From positions 1 through 44,299 of IMG/VR virus record IMGVR_UViG_3300015203_000006: a DNA stretch of 44,299 bases. One strand, 5' to 3'. The stretch is from a virus. Position 1 is the first letter of the stretch. Every line of letters starts with the position of its first letter. Below, piece by piece: positions 14,807-24,294 of this stretch. The position numbers were made by a program, and so were the translations under genes. The notes beneath the pieces are model-generated. The model was not told the origin of the DNA. It saw nothing but the letters and a program-made list of their open reading frames with translations, and searched no databases.

Positions 14807-17800
14807 CGGATTCCCGCCCCGAGCCTGTGGTCGACCGATGCTGCGACGCCGCGGCCGTCGAGGCCGATCTGCACCCGGGTCATGGCCTGCGCGAGTTTGT
14901 CGTAGTCGAACCCGCCGCCGAGTTTGTCGATTGGGGTGACTGTCTCACCGCCCCTGAAGTTCACGAGTTCCTTGCCGCGGTCACCGACCCATGCGTACCC
15001 GGGCGCGGCGTAGTCGGTGCCGTTGGCGTACCAGTTCACCCGGTTGGAGTGCTCGTACGCCGCAGCCGGTGACCCGTACCGGGACCGGATGTAATTCAGG
15101 CCCCACGCGATTTGCCCGGCTGCCCCACCGTGCATGTTTCCGGTGATGTCTTGGGGGATACCTGCCGCGCCCGATGAGCTGTTCCGGGCGTTGGAGTTCC
15201 AACCGCTTTCCCGGTTCCACAACGCTTTCAGCGGTCCCCACTGGTTCGCGCCCCAACCTGCGGCGAGCATCATCCTCAACCCGAGTGCCTGGTTCGCCCC
15301 AGATGTCCCACCACCCGAGAACCCCGCTAGCAGCCCACCCAGACCACCACCCCCGCCGCCGGGGCCCGTATCAAAGTGGGCGTGGTTGAAGTGCCCTGCG
15401 ACCCTCCACAGGTGGTGCAATCCCCAGTTGCTGGACATCGCCACGGCCCTGTCGAGGTACGCAGGTTCGGAGCCTTGGTCGTGGTTCACGTCGATGGCAC
15501 GTCCGACGTAGTGCAGCGAGTTCCGCGCGTGAGCGCCCGGGGTCACCCCACCAAACGCGGGGTGCTCAGAGACCTGGTATTGGAGACCCTGCAGCATCCG
15601 GCCGAACGCGATCAGGTTCGCGATACTCCCCCCACCAACCCCGCCGCCGCCAGCAGCGCCGGCCGCGGCCATGGATGATTTCATGATGGTGCCGAGGTTC
15701 GCGATGTACGCGGCGACGATCCTCGCGTCGTAGGACTGTTTCAGGACTGCGGGGTTCGCCAGGGATGTTGAGATGATGGGTCCGCCGGCGGCGTAGCCCC
15801 GCAGTTGTTTGCGGTAGGCGAAGATCGCGGCGTGGCCGCCTGCGGCTGCGACTTCTTGGGCTGTGAGGACGTGTTCGCCGTTGGAGCCCATGAATGGGAC
15901 GTCGTCGCTGGTCCCGGTCCCCATGCCGATGATGGGGCCACCATTGAACAGCCCCTTGGGTCGGGGTCCGATGCTCACGCCGGGCGCCCAGTAGTTCTGC
16001 CCGTTCGGCAGTTGGCCGAGGACTGAGGTCGCGAGCTTCGCGGTCACTGTGATCTTCGGGTTTTTCGTGATCCCTGCGATGGCAGCGTTGACTCCGGCGG
16101 CAAAGCTGTCGAACTTCACAGCGGCGGCGTGAAGTTGTGGTCCGATGCCCGGGATCCACCCGAATGCGCGGTCGGCGGCGTGGAGGATACCGCCGGCCAT
16201 GACCAGGAAGGATCCGACCACGGCCTTCAGCACTGTGCCAGTGACCGTCTTCCACCAGTTGAACGCGTCGACCAGTTTGCCGACGAGAGTGATCACCGAT
16301 GAGATGCTTTGGCCGATCCCGGTGAAGGCAGCCTTGAGGACGGGGCCGATGATCGGCATGACTTTGGTGACCAGGAAGTCCACGTAGACCTTGAACCCAT
16401 CACCCAGTTGCTTCAGTTCGCCTTTGTTGTCCTTGAACGCCTGTGTGACGTTCTTCACTGCGGTTTGGATCCCTTCCCATGCCTGCTTCAGGACCCCTTG
16501 CAGGATCGGGACCAGGGTGTCCTGGATCCACTGCCACAGACCTTTGAGCGCAGGTAGGAGCTTGTTCTGGACCCAGTCATGCAGGGTCTTGGAGTGGTTG
16601 TACCAGTCCGTGAAGCCAGTCACGACCCCGCCGATAGCGATGATGGCCAACGCAATCCACTGCCCTGACAGCGCCGCCGCGATCGCGCCGATGGCGATCG
16701 CGACAGCCGTGATCTGCGTCGGGCTCATCTTCGCCAGCTGCGCGGCGAGCCTCCCAAGAACGTCAAGGATCACCGAGCCCAGCGGCGCCAGCCCAATGAT
16801 GAGGTCCGCCGAGACCTTCAGCAGGTCCTTCAGCAGCCCCCACACCTTCGGGCCGTTCTCCGCGAGATACGCCATGAACGCCTTGAACCCCGACGACCCG
16901 GACAGGTTTTTCGCCCAGTCAGCGAAAGACTTCGCCAACCCCGCGATGACCCCCATGACCGTGTCGCCCACCGGCGCGAACGCCATCAGCAGCCCCGCGA
17001 ACCCCGTGGCCAGGTCACCAAGGATCTGACCGAAAATCCTGATGTTCGGGCCGACCGTGGAAGCCAAGAAGTTGAAGAAGTCGCGCCAGAACGGGGCCTG
17101 CAACGCCTTCCCCGCGGCGGCAAACAGGTCCCCGAGGGCACCTGCGGCCGCACCGATGATCCGGTTGAACACCGGCATCAGAGGCGTCAACTCTTTGAAG
17201 AAAGTCGTCACCCCCGGCAGCAACGCGCCCTGCGACGTCGCTTTCAACCGGTCGAGCTCGGGCTTCAACGAGTAGATGAACTTCGCGAAGTCCCGCCCAG
17301 CCGGGGACAGCTTGTCCATCGCCTGCTGCAACGCGGTCCCCGCCGCGGTCCCCGCAGTCGAGGTCTTCGCCATGGCCTGCTGAACCTGCCGCTGAGCCGA
17401 CGCGACCGACGCCGCTGAAGACGCTGCAGAGTTCGCCTGCGCCCGCAACGCCTTGGTAACCGACTCCTGCGCGATGGCCACTCTCTCAGCGCCGCTACGG
17501 CGGGCCTCAACCTCAACGGCGACAGCCCGTGCGACGCTCTCAGCCCCGGCACGGCGGGCCTCAACAACAGCAGCCTCCGCACGAGACACCTTCTCAGCCC
17601 CGGCACGGCGGGCCTCAACAACAGCAGCCTCCGCACGGCCAAGCGCGGTCTGCGCGTTCGCCACACCCGTCACCGACTTGGCCACACCCGCCTGCGCGGC
17701 AACAACGTTCGCCGCACCAGCCACGCCAGCCTTATCGGCCACAGCCTTCTGCGCAGCCAACCGGCCCTGCCGGGTCGCCAGATCGGTGACCTGCTGCAAC

Positions 17801-19041
17801 GCCTGGTCGTAGGCAAGCTGTGCCTGCTCACGCTGCAAAATCGTGCCGCCGGACTGCGCGGCAAGGACCTGCTGTTTCTGCTCGGCAGCCGTCAACGCCT
17901 GCTGCGCCGAAAGCCTCGCCACAAGAGCGGACTTACTGTTTCTCATCACCGCGTCCAAGCGGGCGTGAGCCACCGCCGTCGCAGACACCGACGCCGCGTA
18001 CTGGGCGCTAGAAGGACCCAGGTTACCCAGGGCCGACCTGGTCTGTTCGACGTTGAGGTTCGCCTGGCGTTGCGCCAAGACCCCGTCCGCGACGCTATTA
18101 GTCAAGTCCTCAATGGACTGCTTGGCTGCGACCCTGGCCTGGGTCAATGCCAACTGTGCCGTGCGCGCCGAGTCCTGCGCGGTGACCAGCGCCTGCTCGG
18201 CGCCCATCTGAGACTGGACCGCCGTAGCGACGCCTTGGGCTGCAGAGCGGTGAGCATCCGACGCTGCCAGGACCGCAGCAGCAACACCGCGGTCAGCGGA
18301 GCGTTGAGCATCCGCTTCCGACAGGATCGCAGCGGCGATCCCCGCCGCTGCGGACCGCTTCGCATCGGCCACACCCCGCTCAGCATCGATGACCGCCTGA
18401 GCCGACGAGATAGCCGACGCCGCCGCGGTGCGCTCAGCGTTAGCCAGGGACGACTGCGCGTTGGCGATGGCGTTGGCCTGAGCGACCCGCGCCGCCGCCG
18501 CGGCGGCCCCTGATGCCGCCGACGTCGAATCAGCTTTACCCAAGGCGCTCACGGCATCGCTGACACCGGAGAACCCGAGGAACAGGGCACCCAACGCAGG
18601 GCCAGCAGACAACGCCGCCGAACCGATACCCAGGATCGCTGCGCCGGCCGCGGCCGCAACAGGGATGATCGCCGGGCCCAAAGCCAGACCGGCAGTGAGC
18701 AACCCGGACATCCCACCGCCGGCACTGTTGGCGCTGGCACCCACAGCGGCGAGCTTCGCCTCAGCGCCACCGGTGTCCACGTCGACGTTGACCTTCGCGT
18801 CACGGCGACGCGTCAGCTCGTCAATGTGGGCTGCGGCGCCCGCCGTGTCCGCATCCACATTGACCGTCAAGATCCGGCCGCGGGTCAGCTCGTCGATGCG
18901 CGCCGCAGCCGCAGCAACATCCGCGTCGACCTTGATAACCGCCGAAGGCAACCGCGACAAGTCCGCTTTCAACCGCTCATTGAACCGTGAAGCGTCCGGG
19001 ACGACATCGACACGAACAGACCCGACATTGATCGAAGACAT
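14803..19041 (-). CDS. Tape measure protein, 1412 aa, with two embedded cell-wall hydrolase motifs
   Basis: Largest ORF, Ala-rich coiled coil with central hydrophobic segments. Transglycosylase-like motif WNRESGWNSNARNSSSGAAGIPQ near 15200. LAS-type metallopeptidase motifs SLHYVGRAIDV (H-x6-D) and HFNHAH, near 15370..15520. Confidence 0.95.
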   Translation of the reverse strand: MSSINVGSVRVDVVPDASRFNERLKADLSRLPSAVIKVDADVAAAAARIDELTRGRILTVNVDADTAGAAAHIDELTRRRDAKVNVDVDTGGAEAKLAAVGASANSAGGGMSGLLTAGLALGPAIIPVAAAAGAAILGIGSAALSAGPALGALFLGFSGVSDAVSALGKADSTSAASGAAAAAARVAQANAIANAQSSLANAERTAAASAISSAQAVIDAERGVADAKRSAAAGIAAAILSEADAQRSADRGVAAAVLAASDAHRSAAQGVATAVQSQMGAEQALVTAQDSARTAQLALTQARVAAKQSIEDLTNSVADGVLAQRQANLNVEQTRSALGNLGPSSAQYAASVSATAVAHARLDAVMRNSKSALVARLSAQQALTAAEQKQQVLAAQSGGTILQREQAQLAYDQALQQVTDLATRQGRLAAQKAVADKAGVAGAANVVAAQAGVAKSVTGVANAQTALGRAEAAVVEARRAGAEKVSRAEAAVVEARRAGAESVARAVAVEVEARRSGAERVAIAQESVTKALRAQANSAASSAASVASAQRQVQQAMAKTSTAGTAAGTALQQAMDKLSPAGRDFAKFIYSLKPELDRLKATSQGALLPGVTTFFKELTPLMPVFNRIIGAAAGALGDLFAAAGKALQAPFWRDFFNFLASTVGPNIRIFGQILGDLATGFAGLLMAFAPVGDTVMGVIAGLAKSFADWAKNLSGSSGFKAFMAYLAENGPKVWGLLKDLLKVSADLIIGLAPLGSVILDVLGRLAAQLAKMSPTQITAVAIAIGAIAAALSGQWIALAIIAIGGVVTGFTDWYNHSKTLHDWVQNKLLPALKGLWQWIQDTLVPILQGVLKQAWEGIQTAVKNVTQAFKDNKGELKQLGDGFKVYVDFLVTKVMPIIGPVLKAAFTGIGQSISSVITLVGKLVDAFNWWKTVTGTVLKAVVGSFLVMAGGILHAADRAFGWIPGIGPQLHAAAVKFDSFAAGVNAAIAGITKNPKITVTAKLATSVLGQLPNGQNYWAPGVSIGPRPKGLFNGGPIIGMGTGTSDDVPFMGSNGEHVLTAQEVAAAGGHAAIFAYRKQLRGYAAGGPIISTSLANPAVLKQSYDARIVAAYIANLGTIMKSSMAAAGAAGGGGVGGGSIANLIAFGRMLQGLQYQVSEHPAFGGVTPGAHARNSLHYVGRAIDVNHDQGSEPAYLDRAVAMSSNWGLHHLWRVAGHFNHAHFDTGPGGGGGGLGGLLAGFSGGGTSGANQALGLRMMLAAGWGANQWGPLKALWNRESGWNSNARNSSSGAAGIPQDITGNMHGGAAGQIAWGLNYIRSRYGSPAAAYEHSNRVNWYANGTDYAAPGYAWVGDRGKELVNFRGGETVTPIDKLGGGFDYDKLAQAMTRVQIGLDGRGVAASVDHRLGAGIR
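17485..17637. repeat. 54-nt in-frame tandem repeat (about 3 copies) inside the tape measure gene
   Basis: The 45-nt block ctcagccccggcacggcgggcctcaacaacagcagcctccgcacg is identical at 17539..17583 and 17593..17637. A diverged copy starts about 17485. It encodes 18-aa units (AEAAVVEARRAGAExVxR). Confidence 0.85.
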
Positions 19042-19771
19042 CAGGCCCCCTCACGGTGTTGTCGTCGCAGGTTTTCCAGATACGCGCGGGCGGCCGGGTT
19101 GATCGCAGACACCGTCGCCGACTTCGTCCCCGGACGCGGCCAAGGCCTCGGCTTCTCACCCTTACCGTCCGACTTCGCGTAAATCAGCCAGTCAATGCCG
19201 TCACCAACCCTGGCCAGGAGGTGATCAGTCAGCGACCACGGCCCGTCACCATCACCAGCCGGCTGCGCCGCGAGCTCCTCGCTGGTCATCGAATCCCGGA
19301 CCGCGGTACGCAACGCCGACTCCGCAGGCAGATGATCGAGCAGGACCGCTAACCGCCGCCACGTCAACGCACCGGTGAATACCCCGCCAAGCTCGACGTG
19401 GTACCAGCGGGTGAGGTCGGCCTCTACCTCGGCGCAGTGCTCTTCGAGAACCGCGTACGTGCCGCAGATCCTTTTGGGCTCTGACCGGTGACCTCATTCC
19501 AGGACTCGAAGAACACCTCAACCTCATCCAGGTCAGGATCGAGACGCACCCACTGCTTGTACGACTCCGCAGACAGTGCCTTCTCAGCCCAGGTGTCGAA
19601 GTCGCCCTGACGCATACCCCGGACCCCGCTGGCCTTCCACTTCTGAACCGCCTTGACGTGCATGTCCGCCTGCCCCGCCTCGGTCGTCAACGTGACCACG
19701 ACCGACCCATCCTCGAGCGTGTCGCCATCGTCGACGACCTCGCCCTCTAGCGCTTTCAGTGCTTCGCTCAC
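19041..19771 (-). CDS. Tail assembly chaperone, G-T type fusion made by a -1 programmed frameshift
   Basis: The downstream ORF (19041..19367 in the track) is in the -1 frame relative to 19424..19771. That -1 frame is open from the slip site at 19472..19478 through to 19041 (checked codon by codon). Confidence 0.75.
19424..19771 (-). CDS. Tail assembly chaperone (G-like, zero-frame product), 115 aa
   Basis: Lies between the major tail protein and the tape measure. Acidic N-terminus. GTG start at 19771 after an aaggag SD. Confidence 0.8.
   Translation of the reverse strand: MSEALKALEGEVVDDGDTLEDGSVVVTLTTEAGQADMHVKAVQKWKASGVRGMRQGDFDTWAEKALSAESYKQWVRLDPDLDEVEVFFESWNEVTGQSPKGSAARTRFSKSTAPR
19472..19478 (-). 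promoter_or_regulatory. -1 ribosomal slippery heptamer C CCA AAA
   Basis: Minus strand reads ag C CCA AAA gga in the zero frame (X XXY YYZ). It lies 16 codons before the chaperone stop. Confidence 0.75.
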
Positions 19772-19804
19772 AGTGATGCTCCTTCACGGTCCGAAAGGTC
19801 TGAA

Positions 19805-19841
19805 GGTGGGCGCGGCGCTCGGACCAACCACCGCGCCCACC
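19805..19841 (-). terminator. Hairpin after the major tail protein gene
   Basis: 11-bp perfect stem: ggtgggcgcgg (19805..19815) pairs with ccgcgcccacc (19831..19841), with a 15-nt loop. On the minus strand it is followed by ttcagacctttcgg. Likely a partial terminator, as is common downstream of major tail genes. Confidence 0.55.
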
Positions 19842-19854
19842 GCATGGGTGGGGA

Positions 19855-20742
19855 TCAGTGCTTCAACGCGTCGACCAGAACCGACCAGTACACCGCGTTG
19901 CCGTTGGTGTCCGGGTACGCGGTGAACGACACCGGGTACTCGATCGCCGCGCCCGGCGCCGCAGTCCAGCCCTGGACCGTCGTGGCCGCAATGGATGGGC
20001 AGTACCCGCGGACATGGTTGAATCCGTCGACGATGTCGAAGATCCCCGCATACCTGGGCAGGTTCGCGGGGCCCTCAGTGAACGTCATCAGCCCCGAGGT
20101 GTCCGCGACGACACCGCCCAGCGGCAACCGGTTACTGATCGCCAAAGAAACCTCGTTGGACTCCAGGAATGTCAGGTCGAACGTGGTGGCCTTCTGCGAG
20201 ATCAGGGTCCGCAAAGGAGCCGACGTGCCGTACCCGAACAGCTCCTTGGACGACTCGTTGATCTTCTTCGTCAGGCCGTTGTCCCCGCACCAACCCGAGT
20301 CACGGAACGGGGCCGCGACAACCGCCGTCGCAGCGTTCGAGGTCTGCACGCCCGCGGTTGTCACGGCGACAGCGACGGACGGGGAGGCGCCACCGGTGAG
20401 CCCTGCGCCGCTGGCTGTCAGCGGGACCTGGGTGATGGACGGGTCAATGGTGACCGTCCACGGGCTCGTCGCGCCCGTCGTCGTCGCCTTGCCGGCACCA
20501 ACAGTGGACAGGGCCACCAGCGCGGCCGTCACCGCGGCAGCGGCGGCGTTGTACGCGATGCCAGCCGTGGTCGCCCCGTTGTACGTCAACGTGAACGTCC
20601 CACCGGTAGGGACACCGGAAATCGTCACAGTCTGCACACCAGCCGTGCCAGCGGCGCCGACCGGCGCGGCCGTCAACTCTGGGGCGAACCAGGCCAAAGA
20701 CTTGCCCCCGACACCAGCGAGAATGTTTCTGTTATCAGTCAT
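19855..20742 (-). CDS. Major tail protein, 295 aa
   Basis: Positioned between the tail terminator and the chaperones. Ala/Thr/Gly-rich with an Ig-like insert (VQTVTISGVPTGGTFTLTYNGATT). Confidence 0.8.
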   Translation of the reverse strand: MTDNRNILAGVGGKSLAWFAPELTAAPVGAAGTAGVQTVTISGVPTGGTFTLTYNGATTAGIAYNAAAAAVTAALVALSTVGAGKATTTGATSPWTVTIDPSITQVPLTASGAGLTGGASPSVAVAVTTAGVQTSNAATAVVAAPFRDSGWCGDNGLTKKINESSKELFGYGTSAPLRTLISQKATTFDLTFLESNEVSLAISNRLPLGGVVADTSGLMTFTEGPANLPRYAGIFDIVDGFNHVRGYCPSIAATTVQGWTAAPGAAIEYPVSFTAYPDTNGNAVYWSVLVDALKH

Positions 20743-20821
20743 GGCGGATCAAAACCTTTCTGGGGTACAGCAGGGAACCCGCGCCAATGACGAGGGCTGA
20801 AGGGCAGGTCCGAGGGTGGTG

Positions 20822-21220
20822 CTAAGGGTGGTTCGAGATGACGACCTGGTACGTCGCGGTGAACCGCCGCAAGTTCGTGTCGTCGTACGGCGTCCAGTGC
20901 GGCGCCACGATCGTCGCCGTACGCAGGACAACGCCCCCACCCATGGGCTGGCCGGGGAGTAGGTAGCGGATCCAGGCCTGAGCTGTCAGTGCGAGGTTCC
21001 GTGTGAGGATCCGTCCGGAGTGGTAGCAGTCCACGTCCACGGTGGCCTCGTCGATGGACAAGGTCGGATCAGCACCACCAATACGGTCCACACCCACCAC
21101 GGGCAGGGTCGTGGCCAAGTTGGCGGGAGTCTCAGTGACAGACCGCACAGCCAAGACACTGCCGAGCCATACTGCGAGACCCTGCTCAACGTCCGGGTAC
21201 GTGACCGGCGGCGCGACCAT
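20822..21220 (-). CDS. Tail terminator protein, 132 aa
   Basis: Position and size fit, immediately upstream of the major tail gene. Starts MVAPPVTYPDVEQGLAVWL, which is typical of this family. Confidence 0.65.
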   Translation of the reverse strand: MVAPPVTYPDVEQGLAVWLGSVLAVRSVTETPANLATTLPVVGVDRIGGADPTLSIDEATVDVDCYHSGRILTRNLALTAQAWIRYLLPGQPMGGGVVLRTATIVAPHWTPYDDTNLRRFTATYQVVISNHP

Positions 21221-21540
21221 CAGTCCCTCGCCGCGTCGATCGCATGCCCCAGAGTGCGGTGCTTCGGTGTTGAACCGGTCCCGTACTCGATGTACACCGC
21301 CGCGTCGTCATCGTTGACGACACTCGCCTCCGCCCGGTCATTATGGATACCACCATGCTTGCGGTGTTCCACCCTGAACGCGTCCCGGTAATGCGTCCCG
21401 CCCTTACTCGCCGGATCAAACGGGGCCGACGCCTCCGCCGCAGCCATCACCGCGGCCGCCCGGCGCACCATCTCCGCCTCAACCCCGTCAGAGTTCAACA
21501 ACTCCCCGAGACCTGCATGGTTCGGTTTGAAATCGGCCAT
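21220..21540 (-). CDS. HK97 gp10-like head-tail connector/neck protein, 106 aa
   Basis: MADFKPNHAGLGELLNSDGVEAEMVRRAAAV... resembles the HK97 gp10 family N-terminus. Position in the connector block supports the call. Confidence 0.65.
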   Translation of the reverse strand: MADFKPNHAGLGELLNSDGVEAEMVRRAAAVMAAAEASAPFDPASKGGTHYRDAFRVEHRKHGGIHNDRAEASVVNDDDAAVYIEYGTGSTPKHRTLGHAIDAARD

Positions 21541-21878
21541 CAGCCAGTCACCGCCTTTAGGTGAACCTCGACACCAGCGGTCGTCGCAGTGAACGGCGAA
21601 GCGAACCGGCCGGGGTCACCCACAACGTCATACAGGCCGCCATACACACGGACCTGATCAGTCGCTGCAACGGATGCGCCAGCGGGAATGAGTGTCGTGA
21701 TCCCAGTGGTGACCACGTCCTGCCCCTGGACCGCCTCCGTGGAGCCCGTAGGCCAGACCGGCACATTGACGTACGTCGTCTCAGTGTTGGTGTAGACGTC
21801 GTTACCGTCCGCATCCTTCGCCCCCGTCAGGGTGCGACCAATATGGATGACGGTCTCGCCGTAGTTGAAGACGGGCAT
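21540..21878 (-). CDS. Head-tail adaptor (head closure) protein, 112 aa
   Basis: Position and size fit the connector block. Beta-rich sequence MPVFNYGETVIHIGRT... Confidence 0.6.
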   Translation of the reverse strand: MPVFNYGETVIHIGRTLTGAKDADGNDVYTNTETTYVNVPVWPTGSTEAVQGQDVVTTGITTLIPAGASVAATDQVRVYGGLYDVVGDPGRFASPFTATTAGVEVHLKAVTG

Positions 21879-22429
21879 CAGGAGTCAGCCGGATGTGAGA
21901 TGCCGAAGATGGGGAACTCCGCCGACGGGCCGTCCGTGCCCATCTCAGCAAGCCACGAATCACCGACGGAAGCTGACCCATTGGCAACACCGAGACGACC
22001 GAACGGCCACGGCGCAAGACTCGGGCGAGTTTTGATCGACCCAACCCGGGACTTCTTGGAGCGGTACGGCTTCAGCGCATCAAGATCAACCTGGGTAACC
22101 TGCAGCTCGCCGCGAACATCTTTCTCTCCACGGATTGCGTAGGTCACGTTGTAGGGGCCGACACCCTCACTAGCGACACCTTGAACATTGGACAGGAAGC
22201 GCTTGGTCATCGTGGCTACCACTGTGGCGACCGTCACAGGGTCGAGCCCTCCCAAGTCACTCGGATCAGCTTGGAAACGCGCGATCCGAACGTCCAACGC
22301 TGGCAATGCCTGCCGCAGCAAAGCCGAAGATTTCTCCAGAAGTGCCGCGGCCCGCACAGTTTCAGCAGGAGAGAGGGGACGCCACATGTCCTCAAGATCT
22401 GATGGAAACGCAAGCGGCGGTACGCTCAT
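21878..22429 (-). CDS. Head-to-tail connector (gp6-like) protein, 183 aa
   Basis: First gene of the connector block after the capsid genes. No catalytic motif. Confidence 0.55.
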   Translation of the reverse strand: MSVPPLAFPSDLEDMWRPLSPAETVRAAALLEKSSALLRQALPALDVRIARFQADPSDLGGLDPVTVATVVATMTKRFLSNVQGVASEGVGPYNVTYAIRGEKDVRGELQVTQVDLDALKPYRSKKSRVGSIKTRPSLAPWPFGRLGVANGSASVGDSWLAEMGTDGPSAEFPIFGISHPADS

Positions 22430-22452
22430 GTGACACCCACCCTCTCTTCCGG

Positions 22453-22761
22453 TCAGACCTGGTCGACTGGCTTGCCGGCGTCCTGCACCGTCTGGATGAT
22501 CTGGTCGCGAGTCGCGTCAGCCTCAACGTCGACCCCCTGCTCCGTCGCGTAGGCACGCCACGCATCCTTGGACGACCCAGCGCCAGCTTTCGGCGGGATG
22601 CTGCCAGCCTCCCGCTCGGACTGGCCGCTGTCGCCGTCGACGAAGCAGTGGTCACCCATCTGCTTGGCCGCCCAGTCGGGGATCTCGTCGCCGGGGCCGA
22701 AAACGTGGGACTCGGACCGGTCGTCGTAGACGTGGACGTGGGAAACCAGTTGGCGGCCCAT
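22453..22761 (-). CDS. Hypothetical head-module protein, 102 aa
   Basis: ORF-track ORF directly after the major capsid gene. Its C-terminus (KDAWRAYATEQGVDVEADATRDQIIQTV) resembles a SAP/HeH-type motif. Confidence 0.6.
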   Translation of the reverse strand: MGRQLVSHVHVYDDRSESHVFGPGDEIPDWAAKQMGDHCFVDGDSGQSEREAGSIPPKAGAGSSKDAWRAYATEQGVDVEADATRDQIIQTVQDAGKPVDQV

Positions 22762-23813
22762 CAGAGCACCGTCGCCGCGAAGGAGAGGTTGGGGTTGGCC
22801 ATGAACGGCAGGTTCAGGCTGGAGACCTTCGTCCAGATGGAAATCGGGTCGTCCTCGCTGTACTCGCCGGCCACGATGCCGGGCTCGTCGCCTTCCATCC
22901 CATACCGCGGGTCCATCGACTCGGCCGTGGTGCCCCAGAACACCCCACCAAGCTGGGTGTCCTCGTCCACACCGGCATCGGCGCCCGCGGATGCAGGCGG
23001 GAGCAGGAGCACGACATTGGATGGCAGCACGCGGGTCGCGACCTTGTTGACGTTGACCTGCGACTGGTAGAGCTCAATCTGTGGGAGGCCCTGCGACAGC
23101 AGGACCGCGTTGAGCGCTTGCTGGTTGACGATGCTGGACTGGTTCCCACCGACGTACTGGGTTTGGCCGCCGAACACTTGGTTACGGATCGCCTGGTTAC
23201 GCAGCATCACGTTCCAGACCTGGCGTGAGACCACGATGGAGCCAGGATCTACTCCATTGGTGGCCAGGTACGTGTCTCGCCATGACATGAGGTCTTGCAG
23301 CGGGTCTGCGCCACCGACGGACCACAGCGTTGCGGCGGTGACCGTGTGGGCACCGACTCGACCCCAGTTGATGGTCTGCCCCAACTCGGGGATAGGCGTG
23401 GTCCCCGTAGCCAGGGTCTGCCCACGGGCAAGTTCGACCCGGGCGCAGACGTCCTTGCAAAGCTTCTTCGAGTCGTTGAACAGCGCCTGGCGGATCCGGT
23501 CGTCAGAGAGTTTGCGCATCTTGAGCCGGTCGTACTCCGAGCACCGCGTCTTCAGGGACAGCGGTGCCAGAGAGCCTGTGATTGAGCTCAGGGTCTGGCG
23601 CCGGCCGATGGGGGATTCCCCGTCGAACGTGCGGTAGACCGCAGCATCGGCCAGGCCCGTGCCGCCAGCGGCGACCCGGTAGTCGATGTCGTCGATCGGC
23701 TCGTCGGGCAGCCAACGCGAGAGCGTGAACTGGTTGAGGTTGAAATCGGCGAGGGCTTCGCGGACGTATCCGCTGACCTCGCTGGGGTAGATGTAGTTCG
23801 TGGTGAGTGCCAT
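22761..23813 (-). CDS. Major capsid protein, 350 aa (lambda gpE-like family suspected)
   Basis: Position follows the scaffold and decoration genes. Strong SD (ggaagggg). The N-terminus MALTTNYIYPSEVSGYVREALADFNLNQFTL is typical of capsid-E family proteins. Confidence 0.8.
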   Translation of the reverse strand: MALTTNYIYPSEVSGYVREALADFNLNQFTLSRWLPDEPIDDIDYRVAAGGTGLADAAVYRTFDGESPIGRRQTLSSITGSLAPLSLKTRCSEYDRLKMRKLSDDRIRQALFNDSKKLCKDVCARVELARGQTLATGTTPIPELGQTINWGRVGAHTVTAATLWSVGGADPLQDLMSWRDTYLATNGVDPGSIVVSRQVWNVMLRNQAIRNQVFGGQTQYVGGNQSSIVNQQALNAVLLSQGLPQIELYQSQVNVNKVATRVLPSNVVLLLPPASAGADAGVDEDTQLGGVFWGTTAESMDPRYGMEGDEPGIVAGEYSEDDPISIWTKVSSLNLPFMANPNLSFAATVL

Positions 23814-23832
23814 GTTCTAGACCCCTTCCGGA

Positions 23833-24231
23833 TCAGACGTGCACGAAGCGAGGGTTTGTCGCCTGCGCTGCTGCGGAGACGGTGATCGGGAGCTTGGAGA
23901 CGATGACGCGGCCGGAGTCCAGGAGCGGGCCGTTGATGATGGTGGTGGCCGGGTTGCGGGGGGCTGCCTGGGCGACCAGGAGGTACCCGGCGAGATTCTG
24001 CAGCCCGGTGACGTCGGCGTCGGTCTGCGGACCGTAGTTGCCTGTGTTGGGCCCTGAGGTGTACTTGCCCAGGGGCAACCCGGAGGGGAAGTACCCGTTG
24101 GGGTAGTGGGTGCCGGCGGTGAACGACGCGACGACCAGAGCGACGCTCTGGGCCTGCGAGGTGCCACGCGCTGAGCCGAGCCAGGACGGGTCGTCCCGAC
24201 CGAGCGCGCCGAATGTGGGGTTGAGATCCAC
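23833..24231 (-). CDS. Head decoration protein (gpD-like), 132 aa
   Basis: Small gene immediately upstream of the capsid gene. GTG start after an agaaggag SD. Gly/Pro/Thr-rich. Confidence 0.5.
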   Translation of the reverse strand: MDLNPTFGALGRDDPSWLGSARGTSQAQSVALVVASFTAGTHYPNGYFPSGLPLGKYTSGPNTGNYGPQTDADVTGLQNLAGYLLVAQAAPRNPATTIINGPLLDSGRVIVSKLPITVSAAAQATNPRFVHV

Positions 24232-24294
24232 GGCTTTCTCCTTCTAGTGTGCGAGGTGGGGCCGCGCGGCCGTGAATCGGTAACGCGGTTTGTG

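Noticed and set aside
19270-19300. tRNA search: the tcgaatcc-like string near 19285, and T-loop-like strings in 3640..3680 and 3784..3800.
   Set aside because: The flanking bases cannot form T-stems, and conserved T-loop positions are wrong (for example gtgcgaatac). I could support no tRNA gene or tRNA 3' fragment.
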